Shown here one piece after another: positions 44,695 through 54,096 of a stretch of 64,000 nt of DNA. Location of the stretch: IMG/VR virus record IMGVR_UViG_3300025314_000006. One strand, written 5' to 3'. The position numbers and the translations under genes were made by a program. A model generated the notes under the pieces. The model was not told the origin of the DNA and ran no database searches. It saw only the letters and a program-made list of their open reading frames with translations. Position 1 is the first letter of the stretch, and each line of letters begins with the position of its first letter. The DNA comes from a virus (Duplodnaviria > Caudoviricetes).

Positions 44695-45741
44695 CTAATC
44701 ATTTCCATATTTATCCCAGTCTTTTGCAAATTTTAATTCCCAACTATCCTTGTGTTGCTTTTTATATTCATCAATTGCTTCTTTGCTATCCATAATAAAT
44801 CCGTGTGCTGTACAAATTATTTTTGCCTTAACAGAAACATTGGTAATGTGATTTTTTTCCACAACAATTGATGTTTTAATAGCATAAGCCATTTCTACGC
44901 CATCTTTTACCGCATAACACTTTGTTGAATTTGATAAAATTCCACCCATTCTTATTGATAAAGTGGCTGCTTTTAAAACGCCACGACCTCCGTATGGAGT
45001 CAATGTATTAGCCATTGTACCTTGATAAGCATGATTAACAACAAATAAAGTGGCATTATAAGGATATTCTTCTTTTCTTGTATCAGAAATTCTTTTTTCA
45101 ATTATTCGGTGAATTTGTTGTGTTAATAATTTTGCAGTTGCCATAATTGCACTAGTATCACCTTTTTCGTCCGCCCTTAGTTCTGCCCCCGAAATAACGT
45201 TTCCGATAGAATCCCAAACAAACACAATGTCAGTAGGAAGTCTTCCTTCTTTTTGATCTCTTAACCTTTCTTTAATAAACTCACAACAATCTTCTACTGT
45301 CTCTAATGAATCAACATATATCATATTATCTTTATCTACTCCCATAGTTTCAGCATGCTCCCAATTGAACTTTTTTTCAGTGTTGATTAATATTGGAAGT
45401 ATGCCTTTTTTTTGAGCATTTGCCATCAATTCTAATGCTACGCTCGATTTTCCAGAATCTTCGAAACCCCAGCAGGCTATTACCCTCCCTTCTGGGATCC
45501 CCGGTAATTGGGTGGTTTCCATAAATGCTTTACTCATAGGAATCCATGAATCTGGTTTGTAATTTACAATAGGAATTTTAATTTCTTTTTGATAATCCGC
45601 CAAAGAAAAATTACTTTTTGATTTTATTTTAATTTTCTTTGCTTCCTTCTCAGCCGGTTCATTCTCTCCAGAAAACTTTGCTTCCATTTCTGCCTGAGAT
45701 AATCCATCAACTACCTCATTGTCTTTTTTTGTTTTTGCCAT
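44695..45741 (-). CDS. recA: RecA/UvsX-like recombinase
   Basis: GFEDSGKS Walker A, INTE, VWDSIG, VVNH, PYGG. Confidence 0.85.
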   Translation of the reverse strand: MAKTKKDNEVVDGLSQAEMEAKFSGENEPAEKEAKKIKIKSKSNFSLADYQKEIKIPIVNYKPDSWIPMSKAFMETTQLPGIPEGRVIACWGFEDSGKSSVALELMANAQKKGILPILINTEKKFNWEHAETMGVDKDNMIYVDSLETVEDCCEFIKERLRDQKEGRLPTDIVFVWDSIGNVISGAELRADEKGDTSAIMATAKLLTQQIHRIIEKRISDTRKEEYPYNATLFVVNHAYQGTMANTLTPYGGRGVLKAATLSIRMGGILSNSTKCYAVKDGVEMAYAIKTSIVVEKNHITNVSVKAKIICTAHGFIMDSKEAIDEYKKQHKDSWELKFAKDWDKYGND

Positions 45742-45768
45742 TTTTTTGCTCCTTATTTTAGTTAATTA

Positions 45769-46104
45769 TTATTCATTAATCTTTGGTTCGAATTTTACCC
45801 AGTCAAGACTTTTGTCATCTTTTGTTGTTAAGTACACCACGCTGGTATCTTTCTTTTGCTTTCCGAAATTCAAAGTTGACTTACATTTTTTACATCTCAC
45901 ATAAGCATATTCAAAATTATCTTCTTTCGTTACATGACCATGCAAGAACAAGTCATCATTTCCACATATTCCACATGTGTCAACGTCTCCAAATGATAAT
46001 TTTGAAGACTCTATTACCACCTCATGAAAAGAAGGTGCGGACAACATAAAAGTATAGACATTCTTGCCTATCTTTTTTTTAACAACCATTTCAATTTTTG
46101 CCAT
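45769..46104 (-). CDS. Zinc-finger hypothetical protein
   Basis: CGIC...CKKC. Confidence 0.6.
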   Translation of the reverse strand: MAKIEMVVKKKIGKNVYTFMLSAPSFHEVVIESSKLSFGDVDTCGICGNDDLFLHGHVTKEDNFEYAYVRCKKCKSTLNFGKQKKDTSVVYLTTKDDKSLDWVKFEPKINE

Positions 46105-46250
46105 TTTATTATTTTAACCGGATAAGACCAGATTTTACATATGCAAATAAAACGAGTAGAAACATAAAAAGCAAGTTACATCACATTATTATTAAATTTA
46201 TTTTAAATGCGTTGTGTTTACTTTTTAAAAATAAAGTTTTTTATTACATA

Positions 46251-46766
46251 ATGGCAATACCAAAAATTAACAGATTTAATTCCAAGCCATTATATTATCT
46301 TCAAATGCTACATGAAGGAAATATTTTCACTTGGAAGATTGAGAACTTTACAATAACATCAACTCCTCGTTTTAATTTTATTTCAACAAATTTTGCCGAA
46401 GTTTCACATAAGGATGAAAATATTATAGAATTGGAATTAAATGCAGAATCATACTTAAATGATACACTTTTAACCAGAATTGTACTTGTAGAAAAAATTG
46501 GTAATAAAAAAGTAGAAATAGGAGACCCTTTGATAAGATGGGCACTTCATGATTTACAAAAAATTCCTTTTATAAATACAAGAGATTTTTTAATTAAAAC
46601 ATTAATAGAATCACCAGTGGAAAGAAAAATATTTTTAGAACAATGTGTATTGTTAAAATACCAGACATCAGATTTATGTGATTACAACCTTGAAGAACAG
46701 TTTGAACAAGTTCCAACCATTATAAAACTTAAATTAAAACCAAAAATCATAATGCAATATCCATAA
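46251..46766 (+). CDS. Hypothetical protein
   Basis: Likely start MAIPK at 46251. Confidence 0.55.
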   Translation: MAIPKINRFNSKPLYYLQMLHEGNIFTWKIENFTITSTPRFNFISTNFAEVSHKDENIIELELNAESYLNDTLLTRIVLVEKIGNKKVEIGDPLIRWALHDLQKIPFINTRDFLIKTLIESPVERKIFLEQCVLLKYQTSDLCDYNLEEQFEQVPTIIKLKLKPKIIMQYP

Positions 46767-46802
46767 CTACAACAAATGATAGGATTTTTCGTTTAAACAG
46801 TT

Positions 46803-47249
46803 ATGAAACAATCAACAATCAAAGAAAACCAAGAAAAAATAAAGGATACACCATGGACAAAACTTGGGATAAAGGTAGATTTATGTTCGTTTTTGACGAG
46901 GAAAGTGTTGGTTGAAAAGTTTTCTCCTCAAAAAGCTAAAAAAATAGAAATGCGTAATTTCTTTATTTCGAAGATTGATGGGTGTGAATTATACGTGAAT
47001 GATATCTATCCTTATTACATATTTTACATTAAAAATATCAATGGAAATAATGAGATTTTAATGGAAAAACATGAAAAAAGCAAGACGTTTTGCATAAAAT
47101 ATGATGGCATATGGTCAGTTTTTGAGAGCTTGTACATGCTCCAATATGATGAGATTCAGTCATTTACACAGATTACCTTTGATGAGCTCCTAAAATTACA
47201 AGGGTATAAAACCTGTCTTTTGATTTTCCCTGTTAATTGTTTTCTTTGA
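46803..47249 (+). CDS. Array-associated protein, paralog 2; ends just inside repeat 2 after a 31-nt spacer shifts the frame
   Basis: ...SFTQITFDELLKLQGYKTCLLIFPVNCFL*. Confidence 0.7.
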   Translation: MKQSTIKENQEKIKDTPWTKLGIKVDLCSFLTRKVLVEKFSPQKAKKIEMRNFFISKIDGCELYVNDIYPYYIFYIKNINGNNEILMEKHEKSKTFCIKYDGIWSVFESLYMLQYDEIQSFTQITFDELLKLQGYKTCLLIFPVNCFL

Positions 47250-47414
47250 TGAGCTCCTAAAATTACAAGGGTATAAAACAAAGGTGTTGCAAGATCAAAT
47301 CGTAAAATACTTTGATGAGCTCCTAAAATTACAAGGGTATAAAACGAGACCAGTTATCCGGGCAGGAAGCATAAATGACTTTGATGAGCTCCTAAAATTA
47401 CAAGGGTATAAAAC
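47177..47414 (+). CRISPR. CRISPR-like mini-array 2: four identical 36-nt repeats, spacers of 31, 30 and 33 nt; no cas genes adjacent
   Basis: CTTTGATGAGCTCCTAAAATTACAAGGGTATAAAAC at 47177, 47244, 47310 and 47379. Confidence 0.8.
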
Positions 47415-47420
47415 TTAATT

Positions 47421-49097
47421 TCAAAAATTTGTAAAATCAACCTCTCCTTCTGCTATTCCGCATTCATATAAATTACTACCTTCTGAGGAACCTACTTGGA
47501 GGGAAATATTTGTAAAATCCGACAGAACACTCTTAATTTCTTCAATTATACTAAATTCTTCTGGATGAACATCAATTATGAAAGAGTCGTGTACCTGAAA
47601 TATAAATTTTGATTTTTTGTCTGCAAAAAACTTTCTTATAAGATAAAGTTTTTCTACCAAAATATCAGCAGCCATGGCTGATATAAAATTACTAAATGTA
47701 GCCCATGTTTTTTGTGGCTTAACAATGGTACTAAAACTATTTACTATATATCCTAATTCGTCATAAGAACATTGTATTTGTTTTGAAAATTCTATAATTG
47801 GGTTTAAAAATTCTCTCACTCTTAAAATTGCATCATTAACATCCGGAACTTCTTTTAATATTTTTTTTAACACTTCTTCTCCTCCACCATAAATTAATGT
47901 ATGATTAATAGATTTGCCAATAGAGCGTTCTTTTGCATTCACTTTTTTATTCTTAAAAATAACTTTTGCAGTTTCTTCATGCAAATCTTTATCTTTAAAT
48001 TTTTTTATAAAATCCTTATCCTGAGAAAAGAATAAAGCTAATTTTGTTTCAAAAGAAACATAATCCAATACAACTATTTTTCCGCCCTTAAATCTTGAAA
48101 CAATCATTTTTCTATCATTACTATCCTTTGCTAACATTTGAGGGTTAAACCTTCTATCAACACAGTTTATACGTCCAGTTATTGTTCTTTTATTGGAATA
48201 CAGCAATCTTACATATTGCATTCCATCAGAAGTCTTTTTAAAGTCTATTTTTTCATTTTCATATTTTTTATCGAAAAACAACTCTCTTTTAGAGAGCCAG
48301 TCAGTTATGATGTCTTTTTTATTTAATCTAATGATGTATGATTTTTCATGGTCAGTTATTTCCTGTCTTTTATATAATTCATGCATAACAAATGGAATAA
48401 ACCGGTCAGATTCAGTATCCATAATAAAATCATAGAAGTATTTCTCGGATATTTCTTCAAAATATCTTGACCAAAAAAGATTTTCTATAGTTTCAAAAAA
48501 CGGTTCATGCTTTTCTGTTAGATATGGGCTTACATTAGAATAACTTAAACAAATTGGAGAGTATTTTTCAATAATAGAAGTAACTGATTTTCTTATATCC
48601 ATTCCAAAATATCTCATGCTTTCAAGATTTATTCCTATTATTTTTTTGCAATCTTCTGAATTATACAAGTACATGGCCTTACCAGAAAAATATGCATAAA
48701 ATTTATATGGTTTAATAAAGTTTTTTTCCAAAAACTTGGATAATTTTCCATCCAAAATACAGTCATATGTAATGTATGTATCTGGCAACCAGTTTGATAT
48801 TATGTTCTTTATAAAGGTTTTTGTGTTTAATATAGTGTTCGACTTTTCTTCGGAAGTGCTGTAAGCCCAAGAAATGTTATTTGAAATTTTGTGCTGAGAA
48901 ACTCTCTGAGCCGGAAATAACTTTTTTACATATTCCCATCCAACTATTATAGTTGGTACATTTTCTTCTTCAATTTTTTTTTCAATGTCACAAAGAATAA
49001 TATCGACTCCAGAAGTAGAAAACTCCAAGCTAAATGCCAATAAATCCTCTTCTAAAAAAGTAAGTATTTTGCATATTTTTATTTCTTTGTTTAACAT
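47421..49097 (-). CDS. polA: Family A DNA polymerase (polymerase domain)
   Basis: TITGRI, motif A LDYVSFE, motif B GKSINHTLIYGG, motif C QVHDS. Confidence 0.8.
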   Translation of the reverse strand: MLNKEIKICKILTFLEEDLLAFSLEFSTSGVDIILCDIEKKIEEENVPTIIVGWEYVKKLFPAQRVSQHKISNNISWAYSTSEEKSNTILNTKTFIKNIISNWLPDTYITYDCILDGKLSKFLEKNFIKPYKFYAYFSGKAMYLYNSEDCKKIIGINLESMRYFGMDIRKSVTSIIEKYSPICLSYSNVSPYLTEKHEPFFETIENLFWSRYFEEISEKYFYDFIMDTESDRFIPFVMHELYKRQEITDHEKSYIIRLNKKDIITDWLSKRELFFDKKYENEKIDFKKTSDGMQYVRLLYSNKRTITGRINCVDRRFNPQMLAKDSNDRKMIVSRFKGGKIVVLDYVSFETKLALFFSQDKDFIKKFKDKDLHEETAKVIFKNKKVNAKERSIGKSINHTLIYGGGEEVLKKILKEVPDVNDAILRVREFLNPIIEFSKQIQCSYDELGYIVNSFSTIVKPQKTWATFSNFISAMAADILVEKLYLIRKFFADKKSKFIFQVHDSFIIDVHPEEFSIIEEIKSVLSDFTNISLQVGSSEGSNLYECGIAEGEVDFTNF

Positions 49098-49128
49098 AAA
49101 AACAAAGATAAGAAAATATTATGATTTT

Positions 49129-52100
49129 CTAAGTTGATGGTGTAATTAAATTACTTAAACCTAAATCTGTGTAAAATAATGATGAATTACGCGATTGTAT
49201 TGAGCCTGGAAATGTAGCTGGATTAGACATGTCAGCAAATCCTCCATATGGACCTAATTTTGCTAAATCTGGCCTATAATCGAAATGCCATTCTTCTCCT
49301 TTTACAGTACGAACGAATCCAAATTTCCAACTATTTTGAATTAACCATATATAAGTAGCGTCTTTTAGTGGAGAAGTGTGATTTTTATCAATATTTCTTG
49401 TCCCTGTATTTAAATCTAACGCAATACCATTTCCATGGTTAGACTGACCTGGCGCAGCGACATTAGCAAGGAAATATCCTTGAGTTTTATTTGGTGAAAT
49501 TTGAATGAATTTTTGAGGTTTTAATGTATCACTATCTACATTTACATTAATTCCTTGTGGATTTGTTATATTGTTTTGGTCTGGATAATTAGGTGTTTTT
49601 AAATTTGAAACTCTAAGAGTATGTTGACTTTCAGCTTTTACTAACACGCCTTTAGAAGACACAACGTTAAGATTTCCTCCAAATTGAGGTCTGAAACCGC
49701 TAATAATCCTAAAACTAATACCTTCTTTACTGGCAGCACTTTGCATTGTTAAATATGCTTTAGCTGTGACCATTTCAACGGGTCGACCATCAACTTGAAT
49801 TAATGTTATTGGTTTTTTATTGTTATTCAAGTAAGTTCCAGGTATTAAATCTAAATCTGAATTGTTTGGCACATCCTGAAATGGATTAAGTAATCCTTGT
49901 AAAACAGCTCCTTCAAATGATGTTGGAGAGGTTGTTCCAACATTTGGTTGAATAATTGAACTTTCCTCAGAACAAAGAGCTTTTAATGACTCAAGAGTAA
50001 TTGGTCCAATTCCTTTCATTGAAGTACCGTCAAATCTCATTTTTATTCCCTCAAATGTTGTAGACATATCATTCGGTTTTATAGAATGTGTCACATTCAT
50101 AATTTGATATAATCCAGAAAATATAGGGTGCTTTGCAACATGAAAATATTGCATAGGAGATATTTGTGCATTACCAATTACATCCACTTTCATTTTATAA
50201 CTCCTTCCTTCCATTACAGATAAAATACTACAATCAGTTGTAACCACCTTATTTGAATTGTCTTTATCAACTAATCTTTGTAAATTTAAAATACTTTCAG
50301 CAGTAGGTCTTGATTCATCTGTAGAAACATCTATGTTTTTGACCACTGGATTATCTGGTGAACCAAAATTAATTTCAAAAGCATCCATTTTTGAATTTTG
50401 TGCAACAGAAGTTAAACTTAATGATGTTCCATCATTTTCTTTTGTTCTATTTTCTGGAGTTGGAGTAAAGAGAACATGAAAAACATTGCCAATTTTTGGT
50501 TCTACATTATTTGATGGTTTAAAAATTTCAGATATGTTAGAATAATCAATATTTCCAGGAATTGGAATAAACATAAAATTGTTTTTTGTACATAATTGTT
50601 GAATTATGTTCAATAAAGTTGTGTTTGCATTTGGTTTATAAAGCGAGTCAATATTTATTATTGAATGGGCGACATTTGTTAATATAGCCGGTGGATTTAT
50701 TTTCTCCATCGGAAAATCATACTTAAATCCAGTTGATGAAGTTAATGTACCTAATGATGATTTTTCTCCAGGTAAATCTTCAACACTTCTCGATTTGGTT
50801 ATTTTTCCACCTTCAATTTCTTCGATTATTGTACCATATTCTTTTTCTAAAGTATCAGCTATTGTTTTAGGTTCTATTGGTTGATTTTTAGGTTTATTAG
50901 AGCCATCAGAAGACTTATTTGTATTAATACTTACGTTATCCATGCTATACCCCAAAACACCCCATTGGTGGAATATGTGATGCATCTGAATGTATAAAGA
51001 GTTTTCATTAGATTGAGCCCTACCAAGTACTTGACTTAAAATATTGTTTTTCTCATCTTCAAGCTTGCTCATTCTATTTTCAATATCAACACATATTTTT
51101 CTTAAAAATATTCTTTGGTTTTTGCCTCTAACATCAGTTGCGTTTTGTTTTGGTAAAAATAATCCCCACGTTAATCTCGGACTATTATCATCTGTAATTT
51201 GAGAATAAGCAAGATATGTTACTCCATTTCCAATATTATCTTGATCTATAATTTTATAATAATAAACTCCTTTACCATCATTTAACATAGAAACATCCGG
51301 ATAGCCATCTAATAAAGGAATTGATTTTAAGTTTTGCAATTTTGAATAATCAAATACGGTACAAAATGGTATATGCGAATTTATTGTTTTTACTCTTTGA
51401 AATTCGTCTTTATTTTGTTCTTCATCAGAATTTCCATTAGATATTTTTACTACTCCTAACGGCTCTTCTGTTTCTTTGTGCTTTTTATCACTAAACTCTG
51501 AATCAGTATCACTATTTTGTACACCATCTATTGCTCCTTGATCAGATGATTTATCAAAAATAACAAAACTATATTTTATTTTGTTTAAAGGAGTGTCTGA
51601 TAATGGATTTAAAAACGAATCTATTGACGTCAATGTTTTGTATGCGTCAATATCTGGAATCATCCATAATGTATTGTTGTTATATAAATATTTAGCGGTG
51701 AAATCATCATAATTTATACTGTCAGAAATTTCTCTTGTATATGTTGCATCACTTCCTGGATAAAAAATTGATTTTGTATTTCCTGTTCCTAAAAAATTTT
51801 TAAACATAGAATCTACAGTTCCTAAAAATTCTTTTGACTCTCCAGTTCCTTTTGCAATAACTGCGTGTGTCTTTATTGTTTGTATTGGAGTTTTTGATAC
51901 TTTAACTATTTCGGTTTCTGTATTAGAATTTATTCCATACATATAAAGTCCTTCCCCATCTGAAGTAAGTAAATTATTTATAAATCTACAAAACTTTTTA
52001 ACATAACCATAATCTTCTGTTGTTAGGGATGAAAGAATCACATCTGTTATGTTTTTTAATTCTTTATCCGCAAGTTTTTCTATTTGATCTGGACTATCAT

Positions 52101-53739
52101 CATCTAATCCTGATGTATTATAATCCCCAGGTTGATTAGAATCAAATGAGCGAGTTATAAAAGCTGCTATTCCAGAACGCACTAAAAGAGTTTCTAAAAA
52201 TTGTTGTCCACTAGCATCTTTATATGGATTTGGACTTATAATTTCAAGATTATTAATTCTTGATATTATTTTATTTTCACTATTATTTAATGCATCTTGA
52301 TTTTGGCTTGATTGATTTTCTGCAATACCTTCACTAATTGCCGTTAAAAACCTTCTCACAAAACTCATTTCACATCCTTCTGTTTCTATTCCAGCTTCAG
52401 TGGCTGGAACTTGCTCTCCTTTACTATCAATAGTTAATGGAAAAAACTTACCAATCAACTTATCGCCATTAGGTAATTTATTTAAAATTCTTACTTTTTC
52501 ATTTAGATTATAGCCATTATATCCAGCATCAAGTATTGAACCTAAAATGTACCCTCCGTCAGCAGCTAATCTTGAAAATACTTCTGAAATAGTGACTGCC
52601 CCCAATTGAGTTTCTGACGTTTGAAATAATCTCCTTTTTTTCTCAACTTCAATAAGATTAAGATTATCATCTATTTTTTTTAAACCAGCTTTTACATCAT
52701 TTTGAAAAGAAGTTGCAGAAGCATCAGCAAATTTTCCAGTTAAAGTTCCATTAGAATCGCTTCCTAAAATAGTCATATTTTTGGCAACACTATCCGGATT
52801 TCCTATTAATGCTATAATTTTTCTATGTTCAATATTTGATTGAGTAGGATTTCCCTTTAAAGATTTAAGAACCTCTTGAAATTTTGAACTGTTACCGGAG
52901 TCTTTTTCAAGACTTGGTGGAAGTTTAATTGTTATTATGGAAAATGCTGGCAAATCATTTTGTCCAGATACATTTTTTACTCTCGCTATTGTTGGTCTTC
53001 CTGCTACTTTTCCATTAATAACATCTCTTGGTTCAAAATCTTTATTAATTAAACCATCTATAGAGTTTATTTTTAATATAGAAAGTTGTTTTTGTAATTT
53101 ATCATATTCTTTTGTTACTTGTTTTGTTTTTGTTTCTATAGTTTTACCTATTTTAATTATATCAAATATAGATTCAATTTTATTTTGTTTAGGAAGAATA
53201 TTAGTGTTAGAATTAGCTTCGCCATTAACATCTCTTTTTAATCTTTTTTTTGCAAGAAGATATAAAAATGGAATATCCGCTAGGAATCCAAATTGGTTAG
53301 GCACAAACGACGCCTTTATTTCATAACTTCCATCAGAAGAATTATATCTTGTATGAGTTTTTTTTAGATTCATTATCCAAACAACCGGCTTACCAAGATA
53401 ACCTTTAAATGTGAACCTAAATTTTGGTGGTGGCCAATCAAATAAAAGAGAATAGTCTAATTCACTTCCATTTCCATCAACATTATCTAATTTTTCAAAA
53501 ACAGTATTTCCATATAAATCCTTAAAGGTGATATCAATTATTGGTTGTAGAGACGTTTTTGTTTCTACTTGAATATCTATTATCCCAAAACCTTTATTTT
53601 CTCTCATCATTCCAACAGAAAAAGTTTTACTTCCCATTAAATCAACCACGCTATTTTTTAACAAAGGAATTGCCTCAAGCCTTATATCTAAATAAAGTTT
53701 GTCCATTTCTAAAAAAGTTGGAAGAGGTTGAAAGCTCAT
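49129..53739 (-). CDS. Large baseplate hub/tail protein with C-terminal M15 (VanY-like) peptidase
   Basis: N-terminal GFGIIDIQV...IDITFKD hub pattern; VIGNAQISPMQYF; C-terminal ISGFR, SNHGNGIALD, EEWHFDY. Confidence 0.7.
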   Translation of the reverse strand: MSFQPLPTFLEMDKLYLDIRLEAIPLLKNSVVDLMGSKTFSVGMMRENKGFGIIDIQVETKTSLQPIIDITFKDLYGNTVFEKLDNVDGNGSELDYSLLFDWPPPKFRFTFKGYLGKPVVWIMNLKKTHTRYNSSDGSYEIKASFVPNQFGFLADIPFLYLLAKKRLKRDVNGEANSNTNILPKQNKIESIFDIIKIGKTIETKTKQVTKEYDKLQKQLSILKINSIDGLINKDFEPRDVINGKVAGRPTIARVKNVSGQNDLPAFSIITIKLPPSLEKDSGNSSKFQEVLKSLKGNPTQSNIEHRKIIALIGNPDSVAKNMTILGSDSNGTLTGKFADASATSFQNDVKAGLKKIDDNLNLIEVEKKRRLFQTSETQLGAVTISEVFSRLAADGGYILGSILDAGYNGYNLNEKVRILNKLPNGDKLIGKFFPLTIDSKGEQVPATEAGIETEGCEMSFVRRFLTAISEGIAENQSSQNQDALNNSENKIISRINNLEIISPNPYKDASGQQFLETLLVRSGIAAFITRSFDSNQPGDYNTSGLDDDSPDQIEKLADKELKNITDVILSSLTTEDYGYVKKFCRFINNLLTSDGEGLYMYGINSNTETEIVKVSKTPIQTIKTHAVIAKGTGESKEFLGTVDSMFKNFLGTGNTKSIFYPGSDATYTREISDSINYDDFTAKYLYNNNTLWMIPDIDAYKTLTSIDSFLNPLSDTPLNKIKYSFVIFDKSSDQGAIDGVQNSDTDSEFSDKKHKETEEPLGVVKISNGNSDEEQNKDEFQRVKTINSHIPFCTVFDYSKLQNLKSIPLLDGYPDVSMLNDGKGVYYYKIIDQDNIGNGVTYLAYSQITDDNSPRLTWGLFLPKQNATDVRGKNQRIFLRKICVDIENRMSKLEDEKNNILSQVLGRAQSNENSLYIQMHHIFHQWGVLGYSMDNVSINTNKSSDGSNKPKNQPIEPKTIADTLEKEYGTIIEEIEGGKITKSRSVEDLPGEKSSLGTLTSSTGFKYDFPMEKINPPAILTNVAHSIINIDSLYKPNANTTLLNIIQQLCTKNNFMFIPIPGNIDYSNISEIFKPSNNVEPKIGNVFHVLFTPTPENRTKENDGTSLSLTSVAQNSKMDAFEINFGSPDNPVVKNIDVSTDESRPTAESILNLQRLVDKDNSNKVVTTDCSILSVMEGRSYKMKVDVIGNAQISPMQYFHVAKHPIFSGLYQIMNVTHSIKPNDMSTTFEGIKMRFDGTSMKGIGPITLESLKALCSEESSIIQPNVGTTSPTSFEGAVLQGLLNPFQDVPNNSDLDLIPGTYLNNNKKPITLIQVDGRPVEMVTAKAYLTMQSAASKEGISFRIISGFRPQFGGNLNVVSSKGVLVKAESQHTLRVSNLKTPNYPDQNNITNPQGINVNVDSDTLKPQKFIQISPNKTQGYFLANVAAPGQSNHGNGIALDLNTGTRNIDKNHTSPLKDATYIWLIQNSWKFGFVRTVKGEEWHFDYRPDLAKLGPYGGFADMSNPATFPGSIQSRNSSLFYTDLGLSNLITPST

Positions 53740-53740
53740 G

Positions 53741-54046
53741 TTATTTATTTTTTAGAATTACTACTTTTTGTTCATATTCTGTTTCTGCATCCCTAAGCGG
53801 AAATGCAACTCTAATTACTGTATTGTTGGGAATGTCAAATTCTAATGCATATTCCGGATTAGCTAATGAAATAAGCCAAGAGTATGTGTCGTCATTGTAT
53901 ATATCAGCAGCAATGGTATCAAATCTCATCTTATCTGAATTATATATAACAAACTTATCAGTATCTCTTTTAGATATGGTAATTGCTGGTACGGTCATCA
54001 TTTCTCTGTTGACAGTGATTAAATGTTTATATCTGCTGGTTGCCAT
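53741..54046 (-). CDS. Baseplate wedge (gp53/tail X-like) protein
   Basis: RFDTIAADIYND...WLISLANP...IP...IRV. Confidence 0.65.
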   Translation of the reverse strand: MATSRYKHLITVNREMMTVPAITISKRDTDKFVIYNSDKMRFDTIAADIYNDDTYSWLISLANPEYALEFDIPNNTVIRVAFPLRDAETEYEQKVVILKNK

Positions 54047-54096
54047 TGTTTTAAAATTAACTTATTATTAATTAAAATAAATAATAGAAAACTATT

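Noticed and set aside
27635-47414. Diversity-generating retroelement (template/variable repeat pair)
   Set aside because: No reverse transcriptase in the window; differences between the paralogs are not adenine-specific, and the variable parts are whole spacers between fixed repeats
28009-47414. Self-targeting of array spacers within this window
   Set aside because: No match seen by eye; needs BLAST to exclude
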